A DNA stretch of 62,351 bases from Chitinophagales bacterium (GCA_046160675.1 JBJXHH010000004.1:1-62351), one strand, 5' to 3'. Counted from the stretch's first letter, positions 8,714-19,007 are shown. The notes: generated by a model not told the origin, from the letters alone. Made by a program: numbers and translations.

Positions 8714-11638
8714 TTATCTTACCAATGTGATATTTCCTTGCCGCTGCAACTCACTGCCATCTTCACCTGTAGCTTGCAACAAGTATACATAAGTTCCTAT
8801 CTCGGCATCCTGGCCATTTTGTTTTCCGTCCCATCCAATGGATGTGTTATTCAATGAGCTGATATCTGTTGTTTCATATACTAATTCTCCCCATCGGTTG
8901 TATATCCTCAAGTGCAGGTCAGAAACCGCAACACCGATAAGCATAGTAAAATCATTTATGCCGTCTCCGTTAGGGGAAAATACATTGGGCACATATACTA
9001 TCGGCGGGCAACCTTCTACAATTTCATTTACTAAAAATGATTTTGTGGTGTTGCAAACTTCATCAAAAGGATCAATGGTAACTGTGTACGTTCCTGCTAT
9101 CCCTGCAGTAATAGTTTGCGAAGTAGCACCAGTAGTCCAACTATATGTTGCGTCGGGAATTCCAGCATCAAGAACTGTGTTTGCACCTATGCAGTATTCG
9201 GCAGTGTCATTTTCAAATGTAGGATACTCAACATAAACTGTTGCGCTGTCCCGGCTTGGACAGCCGTTTTCATCTTCTGCATACACAATATATGTAGTTG
9301 TACTATCTGGTTCGACCGAGTAATAAAAGTCTGACCACACATTTAGAGAATCAACATACCATTCATACAAAAAAATACCCTCCGTAAGCGCATTGAAGTT
9401 ATACTCCTGCCCAACACAGATTGTAGCATCTGTTACATCATCAATTGGATTTGTTTGTATAACTGTTATATTTTTTATTCCTGTACCGCTGCCGCATTCG
9501 TTTAAAGCAAAAATGCTCAAAGAATATGATCCAACACTATCCCACACTACATCAATTTCATTATTAGCTGTGTCAACAATAGTCCCTGCACTTATTCCCC
9601 AGTCATAATAAGTACTGAGGAAATACGGTACTGAATAAGTAACTGTATCCCCCGTACAAACCTCGAGTGGGCCAGTGATGGAAACTATAGGAACATCAAT
9701 AACATGGAAAGTGATGTATTCGCTCCATGGTCCGGGGCAACCAAAACTGATTTCCCGTACCCGTAGAGTAACATCTCCAGTTGCGCCCGTAAAGTCAATG
9801 TAGATCGGATTATATGGCCAAACGAAAGGGGTTCCTGTTCCGAACTGGAACTGGTACTGGGATTTCGGGTTGTAGGGAGAAACTGTTGCATAAGCTACAG
9901 CGCCTTCACATAACAAAGTATCACTTGGTGTTAAAATGGGTGGATCGTCTGCCGGGGCGCCTATTGTTAAATGTATCAAAGTGCCCAACGAATTTTCAAA
10001 TGGATCTGCACAAGTAGCAACTACTCTTAAATACCAAACTCCTGCATCCAATCCCAATGCAAGCAAATCAAAATAGCCGGGTATCATCAGTTCAATAGTT
10101 CCAGAGGTTGTATCAATAGTAAACCCGAGATCATCAATGCTCACTTGCATAAAAAAGATCGGGTCAAGCACTTCCACTGTGAAAATATTTTCTTCACAAT
10201 ACTCAGCTATCTCATCAAATACATGAATATCATAAGGCATGGTGATGGTATCTCCCACTTCTTCACTAATGCACACATAAATATCTGTGATGTCATTTGT
10301 TTCAATATCGCATTCTTGAATACATACTGTTCCGAACTCTGTGCCCGTGGTTGCCGGTGAACTTGATACAACTCTTATCCTATAATCACATCCCGGAGGA
10401 ACTGTAGGAACAATTCCTGAAACTGTACCTGGTGGAGAACCGAGATCAGGGTCATAAGTGGCGCTGCTTACAAATGTTCCGATTACATAATAAGTGGTTA
10501 AAAAACTTCCTGTACTGTCGCTTAATTGGGCCTCATATACATTGCCGGGGTCATACACTCCTGTGGAATAAAATGGAACATCAATCACAGAGTTAATACA
10601 AACAGCGTTTGTATCATAGGTAACTACGGGCTGCAGGGTAGTAATCTCATTGGGGCAATCCTGTACTTCAAAACAAATACTTGCTTCTCCGGTAATAACA
10701 GGCAAAGGTGAAGCCCTGTTGATGCGTACTTTATAACAAATATCTTCGGGGGTTGTGCCGGGAATTATTACCGCAACTGCGCCAATGGTATCTAAAGCGC
10801 CGATTGTGAAAACACCTAAACCATCAGGTGTTCCGAAAGATCCACCAGCATCAGAGAGTTCTACTTCATAAGTTCCTTCACAAAGTGGGTCGCTTAAACT
10901 CCAGCCGATCACTAAGGTGTTAAGCTGGCAAACAGGATCAGGAAAAATAAAATCAATGTTGATCTCAACTGGTGAAATTGCATCATCATAGGTTCCTACT
11001 GCGATGATGTCATCAATTCCAAAACTAATAGTTCTGTCACCCCCTGCATCATCATTTACCCACCTGAATCCAAAACGAAGATCTTCGGCATCTTCAAAAA
11101 CAGGGTCAGTTATCACTTCATATTTCCAGAGATGCTGATCGTTATATAGCGCTTCACCGATGGCGGTCCAAGGTCCGCCGTCTTTGCTATAATAAACCTG
11201 CCCGTAAGCAGAGGGAGATCCTTCACAAACGTAGAAGAAAGTAAATTCAATATCAATCAGTCCCAAAGTACAAAAGCCCCCGGCCATCTCTGCAAAAAAA
11301 TCACTGGGATCAGAAGGGTCGTAAGATGCGCTTGTAATAGTGGGAGCGCCTTCTTCATCATACACATGCATGTAACTGCTAAAGGGCGCCGAACCAATAG
11401 TACCTCCTACTACGCTATCCTGCGGAGTAGTGTTCGGGTAGCCGAAACCACCTTCATAACTATCGTTTACTATCCACTTGTTGGAACCAATACTATCGCC
11501 GGGTCCTGCCGTATTGAGTATAAAACCACCGGCGTAATCAACATCAAAATCTTCTGTGTAGAGCTGGAAAGTTTGTGCAGCCAGCGAGGATGAAACAACA
11601 AGAAAAACAATTGCGGTGTACAACTTTACCATAGGCAT
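8714..11638 (-). CDS. large secreted adhesin-like protein with T9SS type B (gliding motility-associated) C-terminal domain
   Basis: Signal peptide, N-terminal jelly-roll-like domain and Cys-paired Ig-like modules. C-terminal 97 aa (8717-9007) read VPNVFSPNGDGINDF...IYNRWGELVYE...WDGK...GTYVYLL...GNITLVR. Confidence 0.85.
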   Translation of the reverse strand: MPMVKLYTAIVFLVVSSSLAAQTFQLYTEDFDVDYAGGFILNTAGPGDSIGSNKWIVNDSYEGGFGYPNTTPQDSVVGGTIGSAPFSSYMHVYDEEGAPTITSASYDPSDPSDFFAEMAGGFCTLGLIDIEFTFFYVCEGSPSAYGQVYYSKDGGPWTAIGEALYNDQHLWKYEVITDPVFEDAEDLRFGFRWVNDDAGGDRTISFGIDDIIAVGTYDDAISPVEINIDFIFPDPVCQLNTLVIGWSLSDPLCEGTYEVELSDAGGSFGTPDGLGVFTIGALDTIGAVAVIIPGTTPEDICYKVRINRASPLPVITGEASICFEVQDCPNEITTLQPVVTYDTNAVCINSVIDVPFYSTGVYDPGNVYEAQLSDSTGSFLTTYYVIGTFVSSATYDPDLGSPPGTVSGIVPTVPPGCDYRIRVVSSSPATTGTEFGTVCIQECDIETNDITDIYVCISEEVGDTITMPYDIHVFDEIAEYCEENIFTVEVLDPIFFMQVSIDDLGFTIDTTSGTIELMIPGYFDLLALGLDAGVWYLRVVATCADPFENSLGTLIHLTIGAPADDPPILTPSDTLLCEGAVAYATVSPYNPKSQYQFQFGTGTPFVWPYNPIYIDFTGATGDVTLRVREISFGCPGPWSEYITFHVIDVPIVSITGPLEVCTGDTVTYSVPYFLSTYYDWGISAGTIVDTANNEIDVVWDSVGSYSLSIFALNECGSGTGIKNITVIQTNPIDDVTDATICVGQEYNFNALTEGIFLYEWYVDSLNVWSDFYYSVEPDSTTTYIVYAEDENGCPSRDSATVYVEYPTFENDTAEYCIGANTVLDAGIPDATYSWTTGATSQTITAGIAGTYTVTIDPFDEVCNTTKSFLVNEIVEGCPPIVYVPNVFSPNGDGINDFTMLIGVAVSDLHLRIYNRWGELVYETTDISSLNNTSIGWDGKQNGQDAEIGTYVYLLQATGEDGSELQRQGNITLVR

Positions 11639-11756
11639 CTATGTTTTGGGATTTTAAAGTTAGGGATTTCTTTCAAATCACAAACACAGGTAGATAAAGA
11701 AATGCCCGAAACAAGAAAAAGAAAATGCGTTTTCCTGTAGCTTTACCCATTCAGGA

Positions 11757-13247
11757 ATGAGTAACTCTCTGCGCAAATTAGCCGGACAAACCGCTGTGTA
11801 TGGGCTCAGCACCATCCTTGTGCGGATGCTCAATTACCTGCTTGCCCCCCTGCATACAAGAGTTTTTTTAGATCAGGGCGATTATGGGGCAATCTCCGAA
11901 TTGTATGCCTATGTAACCTTTCTGAATGTAATCTTCATGTATGGCATGGAAACAGCGTTCTTCCGTTTTGCAAAAAATGGAAATTCACTGCAGCAAAATC
12001 GGACAGTGTTTTCTACTGCGCAAACTTCTCTGTTATTTACAACTTTAATTTTTTTATTTCCCCTTCTTTTTCTTTCCGGAAATATTGCAAATGTTTTACA
12101 ATATCCCGGGCAGGGCGAATATGTGATCTATTTTGCATTGATCATAGCCTTTGATACACTGGTGAATATTCCTTTTGCAAAACTTCGCCTGGAAAACAAA
12201 CCCTGGAAATATTTTACTATCAAATTGGTAAATGTCGGTATCAATATCTTTTTCAATTTTTTCTTTTTGTTGCCGGCCCTAACCGGAAATGATAAACTCT
12301 TTGCTTTCACCGGTTTTGTTTACAAACCAGAACTGGGAGTTGCTTATGTATTCATGGCAAATCTTATTGCAAGCACAGTTACGTTTTTGATTTTTACCAG
12401 AACTTTTTTTAACCTGCATTTTGACAGAACTCTCTGGAAAAAAATGATGCGCTATGGTCTACCGCTCATCATCATAGGGCTTGCAGGAATGATAAATGAA
12501 ACGATAGACAGGATCTTGTTGAAATACTGGCTACCCGGAACCCCGGCGGAAAATCTGAAACAGGTGGGAATTTATTCCGCCGTTTATAAAATTTCAATTT
12601 TTATGACCCTGGCTGTGCAGGCCTTTCGCATGGGGGCAGAGCCGTTTTTCTTTAATAACGCCGCAGAAAAAAATGCACCGAGAACGTATGCAGATGTGAT
12701 GAAATATTTTGTGATAGTTTGCTGTTTCATCTTTTTGCTCGTAGGGATGTTTCCTGAGGTTTTCAAGATCATCATTGGTGAGAATTACCATGAAGGGTTA
12801 TTTATTGTCCCCATTTTATTGATGGCGAATTTGTTTCTTGGTATATATTATAATCAAAGTGTGTGGTATAAACTCACAGACAAAACAACTTTCGCAACTC
12901 TTATCCCGATTGTAGGTGCGGCTATCACTTTAGTTTTAAACTTTCTGCTCATCCCAAAAATCGGTTACCAGGGCAGCGCTTGGGCAACACTTGCTTGTTA
13001 CGGCGGCATGGTTATTCTGAGTTATATTATAGGGCAAAAATATTATCCAGTTCCCTATAACCTGCGCAAGATCCTTTTATACCTGGTCTTGAGCGTTTTG
13101 TTTTGTCTACTTGGATTGCAATGTGTGAAATGGTTTGAGAACATGCATTTTGTACAGATCTTTTCAAGAATTGTTTTACTGGGATTATTTATACTTGTAG
13201 CTTACTGGATGGATCTGCAAAAAATTCTTCGCAAGAAAACACTGTGA
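11757..13247 (+). CDS. polysaccharide biosynthesis protein / oligosaccharide flippase (MOP superfamily, Wzx-like)
   Basis: 496 aa, about 12-14 hydrophobic helices. N-terminal LAGQTAVYGLSTILVRMLNYLLAPL is typical of Bacteroidota flippase-family proteins. Confidence 0.8.
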   Translation: MSNSLRKLAGQTAVYGLSTILVRMLNYLLAPLHTRVFLDQGDYGAISELYAYVTFLNVIFMYGMETAFFRFAKNGNSLQQNRTVFSTAQTSLLFTTLIFLFPLLFLSGNIANVLQYPGQGEYVIYFALIIAFDTLVNIPFAKLRLENKPWKYFTIKLVNVGINIFFNFFFLLPALTGNDKLFAFTGFVYKPELGVAYVFMANLIASTVTFLIFTRTFFNLHFDRTLWKKMMRYGLPLIIIGLAGMINETIDRILLKYWLPGTPAENLKQVGIYSAVYKISIFMTLAVQAFRMGAEPFFFNNAAEKNAPRTYADVMKYFVIVCCFIFLLVGMFPEVFKIIIGENYHEGLFIVPILLMANLFLGIYYNQSVWYKLTDKTTFATLIPIVGAAITLVLNFLLIPKIGYQGSAWATLACYGGMVILSYIIGQKYYPVPYNLRKILLYLVLSVLFCLLGLQCVKWFENMHFVQIFSRIVLLGLFILVAYWMDLQKILRKKTL

Positions 13248-13257
13248 GGAAAAGTTT

Positions 13258-15474
13258 TCATCTCACCACCATCACATTTCCACCTCGTGTAACTGTATCT
13301 TCAAACTTTAGCTGGAAAGTGATCACATAAGCATAAACCCCTTCCATTACTGTGGTACCTCTTAAAGTTCCATCCCACCCCTCAGAAATATCTGTCAAGT
13401 CTTTCCCTTCATAAATCAGTTCCCCCCAACGATCATAAATGCGCATACTTTTTACTGACTGTACATCAGGTCCGAAACCAAAGAAAAAATCATTCACCCC
13501 ATCGCCGTTGGGAGTGAAAGTATTAGGAATAAAAATGTTGGGGATATAATTCGTATTCACAAAAATTGTTATTTCATCATAAGCCAGGCATCCTGATGCA
13601 TCAATAGATGTTACAGTGTAAGTAGTAGTTTGCAGCGGTGATGCAAACACATCAATGCATGTATCACAACTTAAACCATTTGGCGGCTCCCAACTAATTA
13701 TCCCGCCGTAGCTAAAACCGTCAATGTATGCACTGTCCCCGGGATTAATGTATTGATCGGGACCCATCTCAATGTAATTCTGGTACACTGTGATGTTATC
13801 TGATGCGACAGCGGTACATCCGTTCGCATCAGTATATGTGTAGTTGACCTCATAAGGGCCGCCCACACCTGCGGCACTTGCATCAAAAATATTTCCTGAA
13901 ACTCCGGGTCCGCTAAAAATTCCTCCCGGCGGGCTGGCTGTTAGTTCGTATAAATCTCCAATGCAAACTCCTGCTTCGAGGCTCATGATTACAAGCGGTA
14001 CCGGGTTTATACTGAGCACAGTAGTAAAAATTGTGTCGCATATGCCGGGCGAAGAATTTAAGACAGGATAACTTCCTGCGTCATACACAATGGTACCATC
14101 TGGCAATTCAAAACTCTCATTATCGCAAATCGCTGTATCAATAAAAATTTCCGGTGTTACAGTATTCATTAATGTAAGAGTGATGGTACTATCGCAACCG
14201 GAAGAAGAAAGAGTTGTTGTAATATAAGTTCCTTCAGAATCAACTAATGTTCCGTCAGCAAGTACATAACTTCCACCCACACAAAATGAATCTGTTACTG
14301 CCACTGAATCAGGATAAGCCCAACTAAGATCAGTAACAATGACGCTGTCGCATCCTTCTATAGTTGAAAAAATTGAAAAATAAGTTCCTGCTGATGCGGT
14401 TAGTGCACCATCAGGCAAAAGGTAAGTAGTGCCTACACAAATGAAGTCATTTACCAGAAAAGAATAAGTGGGATGTACTGTTAAGTTTGTAATTATTATA
14501 CTATCAGACCCATCGGTTGCTATAAGAGTTACCTCATAACTGCCTGATGCAGTAACATTTGTTCCATCGGGCAAAGTATATGTTTCATCATCGCAAATTG
14601 AAGTGTCAATAGTTGTTGTAAAAGAACAGGGTAAAACAACTACGGTGTCCGTTAAATAAAAAGGATCATAATGGCAATAGTCTGAAATAGTTACTGAATA
14701 TGTTCCCGGAGATGTAACAGTGGTAGTATATCCAACATCGCCTGTACTCCATTCCGGGTCGCCCCACACAACCGGATAAAAAGAAATATCAAATGTGATG
14801 GACGCACTGTCGCACAGGTACAGAGTATCTTCTTCAATAAACTGATAGGTTGTTCCGCCTTCGTCATAAATTGGGTTAGGTGGAGTAACAGCATCTTCAA
14901 AACAACAATTGCCTCCATCGCTTACATAAAAAGTGGATGTTGGAAAACAGCTGTAGTCTGTCCAATGGGAATACAACAGGGATCCAACCCCAAATTCAGC
15001 AAGAAAAAACTGAACGATCTGTGGCGAAGCGTTTCCGCCACCGCTTGCAGTTTCACCGCATCCTTCAGCACCCACCATGCAGTTCACAATTGGGGAGCCG
15101 AACAATTCATCACCCAGATAATTTGTAATTGCAATGTTCCCGTTTATAGCATCATACTTTGTAACGATGGATGGATCAACACCAATGAAAACAGTTTCAT
15201 CAATTGTTGCCCCACACCCATCCGCTACCTGGTCGAAGCCTGCAAAAATTACCTTCGTGATATTACTTACATAAGCCCCTGTGAAAGTAATTTCTACTGC
15301 ATGATATGTACAGATACCAACTTTCAAATCAGGAATATCTACATCAACATCAATGGTGATGTGCCCGCCTTCATAGTTTGAATAAATGATGACATTACCA
15401 TCAATATGACAAATGTCTTGCGCAAAAACAATACAGGAAAACAGTAAAAAAAGAATACAAATTAGATTTTTCAT
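13258..15474 (-). CDS. secreted Cys-rich repeat protein with T9SS type B C-terminal domain
   Basis: Signal peptide, four 52-aa Cys-containing tandem repeats, and a C-terminal 95 aa (13261-13545) reading IPNTFTPNGDGVNDFF...IYDRWGELIYE...WDG...GVYAYVI...GGNVMVVR. Confidence 0.85.
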   Translation of the reverse strand: MKNLICILFLLFSCIVFAQDICHIDGNVIIYSNYEGGHITIDVDVDIPDLKVGICTYHAVEITFTGAYVSNITKVIFAGFDQVADGCGATIDETVFIGVDPSIVTKYDAINGNIAITNYLGDELFGSPIVNCMVGAEGCGETASGGGNASPQIVQFFLAEFGVGSLLYSHWTDYSCFPTSTFYVSDGGNCCFEDAVTPPNPIYDEGGTTYQFIEEDTLYLCDSASITFDISFYPVVWGDPEWSTGDVGYTTTVTSPGTYSVTISDYCHYDPFYLTDTVVVLPCSFTTTIDTSICDDETYTLPDGTNVTASGSYEVTLIATDGSDSIIITNLTVHPTYSFLVNDFICVGTTYLLPDGALTASAGTYFSIFSTIEGCDSVIVTDLSWAYPDSVAVTDSFCVGGSYVLADGTLVDSEGTYITTTLSSSGCDSTITLTLMNTVTPEIFIDTAICDNESFELPDGTIVYDAGSYPVLNSSPGICDTIFTTVLSINPVPLVIMSLEAGVCIGDLYELTASPPGGIFSGPGVSGNIFDASAAGVGGPYEVNYTYTDANGCTAVASDNITVYQNYIEMGPDQYINPGDSAYIDGFSYGGIISWEPPNGLSCDTCIDVFASPLQTTTYTVTSIDASGCLAYDEITIFVNTNYIPNIFIPNTFTPNGDGVNDFFFGFGPDVQSVKSMRIYDRWGELIYEGKDLTDISEGWDGTLRGTTVMEGVYAYVITFQLKFEDTVTRGGNVMVVR
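13999..14613 (-). repeat. four tandem 52-aa Cys-containing protein repeats inside the 738-aa T9SS protein
   Basis: Leading Cys residues at 294, 346, 398 and 450 (exact 52-aa period). Consensus C-x4-Y-x-LPDGT-x-V-x3-G-x-Y-x8-GCDS-x6-L. Confidence 0.8.
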
Positions 15475-15610
15475 GTAAACCTCCTAAACGGGTTTTGCAT
15501 TGTGATGATGAAATTGAATGCTGTATAAAGTTAAGTATATTTTGTGAAAGAAAAGTTAAGCCTGTCCATCAAATGCCAAGCACCTTTTAAAAAATGCAGA
15601 ATAAAAATTT

Positions 15611-15640
15611 AAAAAAAAAGCCGTTGAAATTTCAACGGCT
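15611..15640 (-). terminator. Rho-independent terminator downstream of the MltD-like gene
   Basis: AGCCGTTGAA-AT-TTCAACGGCT palindrome (15619-15640), followed on the minus strand by a T8 run (plus-strand A8 at 15611-15618; the A at 15619 is the first base of the stem). Confidence 0.85.
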
Positions 15641-15661
15641 TTGAGTAAATGGTCTGAAAAA

Positions 15662-17248
15662 TTATTTAACGACTTTGATCTTTGTTCCTGCTTTTAAAGT
15701 TTCATTCTTGCTTATATCGTTCAGCTCCCGTAATTCTTCGATAGTATTCGCTGGATATTTTTTGCTGATGCTCCAGAGCGTATCACCGGGGCGAACAGTA
15801 TAATAACTCACTGTTTCTTCTTTCTTTTCTGTCGGTTGCCCCACGGTTTCAACACCTGTTAAATCCTGTTTTTGTTTAGATGTCATTTTGTTAATAGAGG
15901 CATAATAATCTTTCTGACTTGTGGGAACCAATAACTTCAATTTCTGCCCCGGAACAATCTTGGTTGATTTTAAATTGTTCCACTTCTTAATGTCAGAAAC
16001 AGAACAATCATACCAATCAGAAATATACCCCATGTTATCACCCTTCTTCACTGTATAAGAAACATTTACGGGAGCGTTTGGATCAATGTCTGTTGCTGAT
16101 GATGTTGATGCTGAAGTTCCTTTTGTATCTGTGCTTGAAGTAGAAGTTTTAACCGTTGCTATTACAGGTTTCTCATTTCTTTTTTCAAGATCAGCATATA
16201 AAATCTGCTCGTTTGCAAAAAATGTTGCAACATTTTTCATAGGTAAACGCAGTGGGTAAGGAAACGGATAACCCGGAATTGTTTTCGTCTTCAGTGCAGG
16301 ATTGTATAAGGCCAATTCATCTTCCGTCATCTGAACATAAGAAGCAATATCACTCAAGTGCATTTTTTTAGTGATCATCACTGTATCCACCATCTCATAT
16401 GCATACCCAAACTTTGCTGGCTTCAGATTATGTTCTTTGTGGAATTCAAAAGCATAACTTGCACCAATGAATGCCGGAACATAGCCTCTGGTTTCAGACG
16501 GCAGATAACTGTAAATATCCCAGAATGTTTGTTTGCCACCGCCGGCTTTGCGTAAAGCTTTGTTTACGTTTCCCGGGCCACAATTATAAGCTGCAATAGC
16601 TAAGAACCAGTCGCCGTAGATACCATACAACTCTTGTAAAAATTCTAGTGCAGCATCGGTTGCCATAACTGGATCCCTCCTTTCATCAACATACGTATCA
16701 ATCTTCAACCCATACAATTTTCCTGTTGAATACATGAACTGCCAAAGGCCTGTTGCACCTGCTTTCGACACGGCATGTGTGTTCAATGCAGATTCTATCA
16801 CAGCGAGGTATTTCAATTCTATAGGCATGCCCCGCTTGTCAAGCTCCTGTTCAAACATTGGAAAATATGTTTGGCTGAGTGTTAACATATTACTCATTTG
16901 CTGGCGGCGCTTGTTCACATATAATTCAATAAAAGATTGTACTTTTTCATTATAGGTATAGGGCATACTTGATAAACCTGCGAGTTTTTCAATGCGCTGG
17001 CGATACTCATCATGAGTATATTTTGGAGTATCCATTTCAGCAAATCCATACAAACCATAGTTCATCTCTTCAAATCGCCAGGCAGGATTTTGCGAATACA
17101 AATCAGTTAGCAGTTTATCCATGATGTCAACTGAAGGGTCGGTGTCGTTCAGCCCACTTATGGTGCTTTGCGAATTGGAAACTTGCGCCGAGACGGCAAA
17201 CACGGCTGCCGTCAGAAGGCATGTAAATACAATTCTGATTTTGTGCAT
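15662..17248 (-). CDS. mltD: lytic murein transglycosylase (SLT domain) with two C-terminal LysM domains, MltD-like
   Basis: SLT catalytic region ESALNTHAVSKAGATGLWQFM. Two LysM repeats (YTVKKGDNMGYISDWY...; YYTVRPGDTLWSISKKY...). Signal peptide. Confidence 0.85.
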   Translation of the reverse strand: MHKIRIVFTCLLTAAVFAVSAQVSNSQSTISGLNDTDPSVDIMDKLLTDLYSQNPAWRFEEMNYGLYGFAEMDTPKYTHDEYRQRIEKLAGLSSMPYTYNEKVQSFIELYVNKRRQQMSNMLTLSQTYFPMFEQELDKRGMPIELKYLAVIESALNTHAVSKAGATGLWQFMYSTGKLYGLKIDTYVDERRDPVMATDAALEFLQELYGIYGDWFLAIAAYNCGPGNVNKALRKAGGGKQTFWDIYSYLPSETRGYVPAFIGASYAFEFHKEHNLKPAKFGYAYEMVDTVMITKKMHLSDIASYVQMTEDELALYNPALKTKTIPGYPFPYPLRLPMKNVATFFANEQILYADLEKRNEKPVIATVKTSTSSTDTKGTSASTSSATDIDPNAPVNVSYTVKKGDNMGYISDWYDCSVSDIKKWNNLKSTKIVPGQKLKLLVPTSQKDYYASINKMTSKQKQDLTGVETVGQPTEKKEETVSYYTVRPGDTLWSISKKYPANTIEELRELNDISKNETLKAGTKIKVVK

Positions 17249-17293
17249 TTTTCTAACTGTTAAAATTTTTTGATTGTTTACCCGCTTAAAACT

Positions 17294-17320
17294 AAAAAAA
17301 CCGCATATTTATTTTGCGGG
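17294..17320 (-). terminator. probable terminator downstream of gatA
   Basis: 5-bp stem CCGCA/TGCGG (17301-17305 / 17315-17319), followed on the minus strand by T7. Confidence 0.5.
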
Positions 17321-17351
17321 ATGACAAATTTAGTTTTTCCACAGCAATAAA

Positions 17352-18779
17352 TCAATAGAACCCTTGTAAATATTGCGTCACAGTAAGTAAATCTCCCTCA
17401 CTGTAACGTTTCCCGATGATCTGGAGGCCGAAAGGAAGCCCGTTTGAGTGTCTATACAATGGTACAGAGATAGCCGGGGCCCCAACAATATTGGCTTGTA
17501 CAGTGAAAATATCAGCCAGGTACATTTCTATCGGGTCTTTCACTTCACCTATACCAAAGGCAGTGGAAGGGGTGGTCGGAAGAAGGATATAGTCGTAGTT
17601 TTTGAGGATATTTTCCGTTTCCTGCCTGATAATGCGCCTCACTTTTTGAGCATGGGTGTAATATGCATCGTAGTAGCCTGAACTCAGCACAAATGTGCCC
17701 AACATGATGCGGCGCTGGACTTCTCTACCAAAACCTTTACTCCTTGAACTCCGGATAACTGTTTCAAGGTTTTCAGCCTTCATGTCACGATATCCGTAAT
17801 GAATTCCTGCATACCGAGAAAGGTTAGACGATGCTTCCGCAGTGGTGAGTACATAATAGGTTGGTATCAACGAATCAAGATAATTCAAATCTTGCGGTTC
17901 AACAATATGCCCATCCCCTTTGAGTTTTTCTATGGTTTGATAAATTGAGCTTCGAATTTCTGGGTCAAGTTTCGGATGATCGAGAGCCTGAGAATAATAG
18001 GCAAACCGCAGCGGAGTTGCAGGCTTAATATTCGACAATGAAAGTTGAATTGGTTTTGATGAAGTTGTAGCATCATGTTCGTCTTGCCCAGCAATTACCT
18101 CCATAATCAATGCTGCATCTTGTGCCGATTTTGAAAAAGTTCCTACCTGGTCGAATGAACTTGCATAAGCTATAACACCGTAACGGCTAACCCTTCCGTA
18201 AGTAGGTTTGAACCCAACAGTTCCTGTGAAAGATGCTGGTTGACGAATACTACCGCCTGTGTCTGTTCCCAAACTTACCATGCACATACCCGCCTGCACT
18301 GCTACTGCACTGCCTCCGCTTGATCCGCCCGGCACTTTTGAATTATCTGCATCATTCAGAACATTACCGAAAGCAGAATTTTCATTGCTGCTGCCCATAG
18401 CAAACTCATCGCAATTTGTTCTGCCTATAAGTATTGCATCTTCAGCAAGTAATCTTTCAATTACTGTTGCATTGTAAAGCGAAGTAAAATTTTCAAGAAT
18501 TTTTGAGGAAGCTGTAACTTTTTTTCCTTTCATGCAGATGACATCTTTCACTGCTATCACACAGCCGAAGAGTTTGCCGACAGGTTTGCTGTTTTTGAGT
18601 TTGGCGTCTGTTGCATCTGCTTGCTGTAAAGCATCGTCAACAAATACTTCTAAGAAAGCATTGAGGTGTTTTTTGTTACCAATTACTGAGAGGTAATGTT
18701 GCACCACCTGGCGGCAGGTGTAAGTACCTAACCGCAGGGCTTGTTGCACCTGCATCACATTGCTGAACTCGAAAGGCAT
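17352..18779 (-). CDS. gatA: Asp-tRNA(Asn)/Glu-tRNA(Gln) amidotransferase subunit A
   Basis: Amidase signature GGSSGGSAVAVQAG...GTDTGGSIRQPA. Length is 475 aa. Overall GatA-like sequence. Confidence 0.9.
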   Translation of the reverse strand: MPFEFSNVMQVQQALRLGTYTCRQVVQHYLSVIGNKKHLNAFLEVFVDDALQQADATDAKLKNSKPVGKLFGCVIAVKDVICMKGKKVTASSKILENFTSLYNATVIERLLAEDAILIGRTNCDEFAMGSSNENSAFGNVLNDADNSKVPGGSSGGSAVAVQAGMCMVSLGTDTGGSIRQPASFTGTVGFKPTYGRVSRYGVIAYASSFDQVGTFSKSAQDAALIMEVIAGQDEHDATTSSKPIQLSLSNIKPATPLRFAYYSQALDHPKLDPEIRSSIYQTIEKLKGDGHIVEPQDLNYLDSLIPTYYVLTTAEASSNLSRYAGIHYGYRDMKAENLETVIRSSRSKGFGREVQRRIMLGTFVLSSGYYDAYYTHAQKVRRIIRQETENILKNYDYILLPTTPSTAFGIGEVKDPIEMYLADIFTVQANIVGAPAISVPLYRHSNGLPFGLQIIGKRYSEGDLLTVTQYLQGFY

Positions 18780-18787
18780 GCCCGGGT

Positions 18788-19003
18788 TTACTTGCTGTCG
18801 TCAGCTTTTTTCGGTTCTTCATGCATCCCGTCCCTTATCTCCTTGCTTACATTGTTTTTAGCATCATTAAACTCTCTGATGCCTTTACCAATGCCCCGCA
18901 TAAGTTCAGGAATTTTCTTTCCTCCGAATAACAGGAGAATAGCTAATATAATAATAACCCATTCCATACCGGTTGGCATACTTAATAACAAAACAGTATT
19001 CAT
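18788..19003 (-). CDS. tatA: twin-arginine translocase subunit TatA/E
   Basis: [35 protein letters not shown] is the canonical TatA TM plus amphipathic helix. Alternative in-frame starts are at 18979 or 18967. Confidence 0.85.
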   Translation of the reverse strand: MNTVLLLSMPTGMEWVIIILAILLLFGGKKIPELMRGIGKGIREFNDAKNNVSKEIRDGMHEEPKKADDSK

Positions 19004-19007
19004 GCTA

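Noticed and set aside
11648-11670. A direct repeat GGGATTT...GGGATTT (15-bp spacing) in the divergent promoter region between the 974-aa T9SS gene and the flippase gene.
   Set aside because: The repeat is only 7 nt with two copies, which is within chance expectation. No associated regulator is evident.
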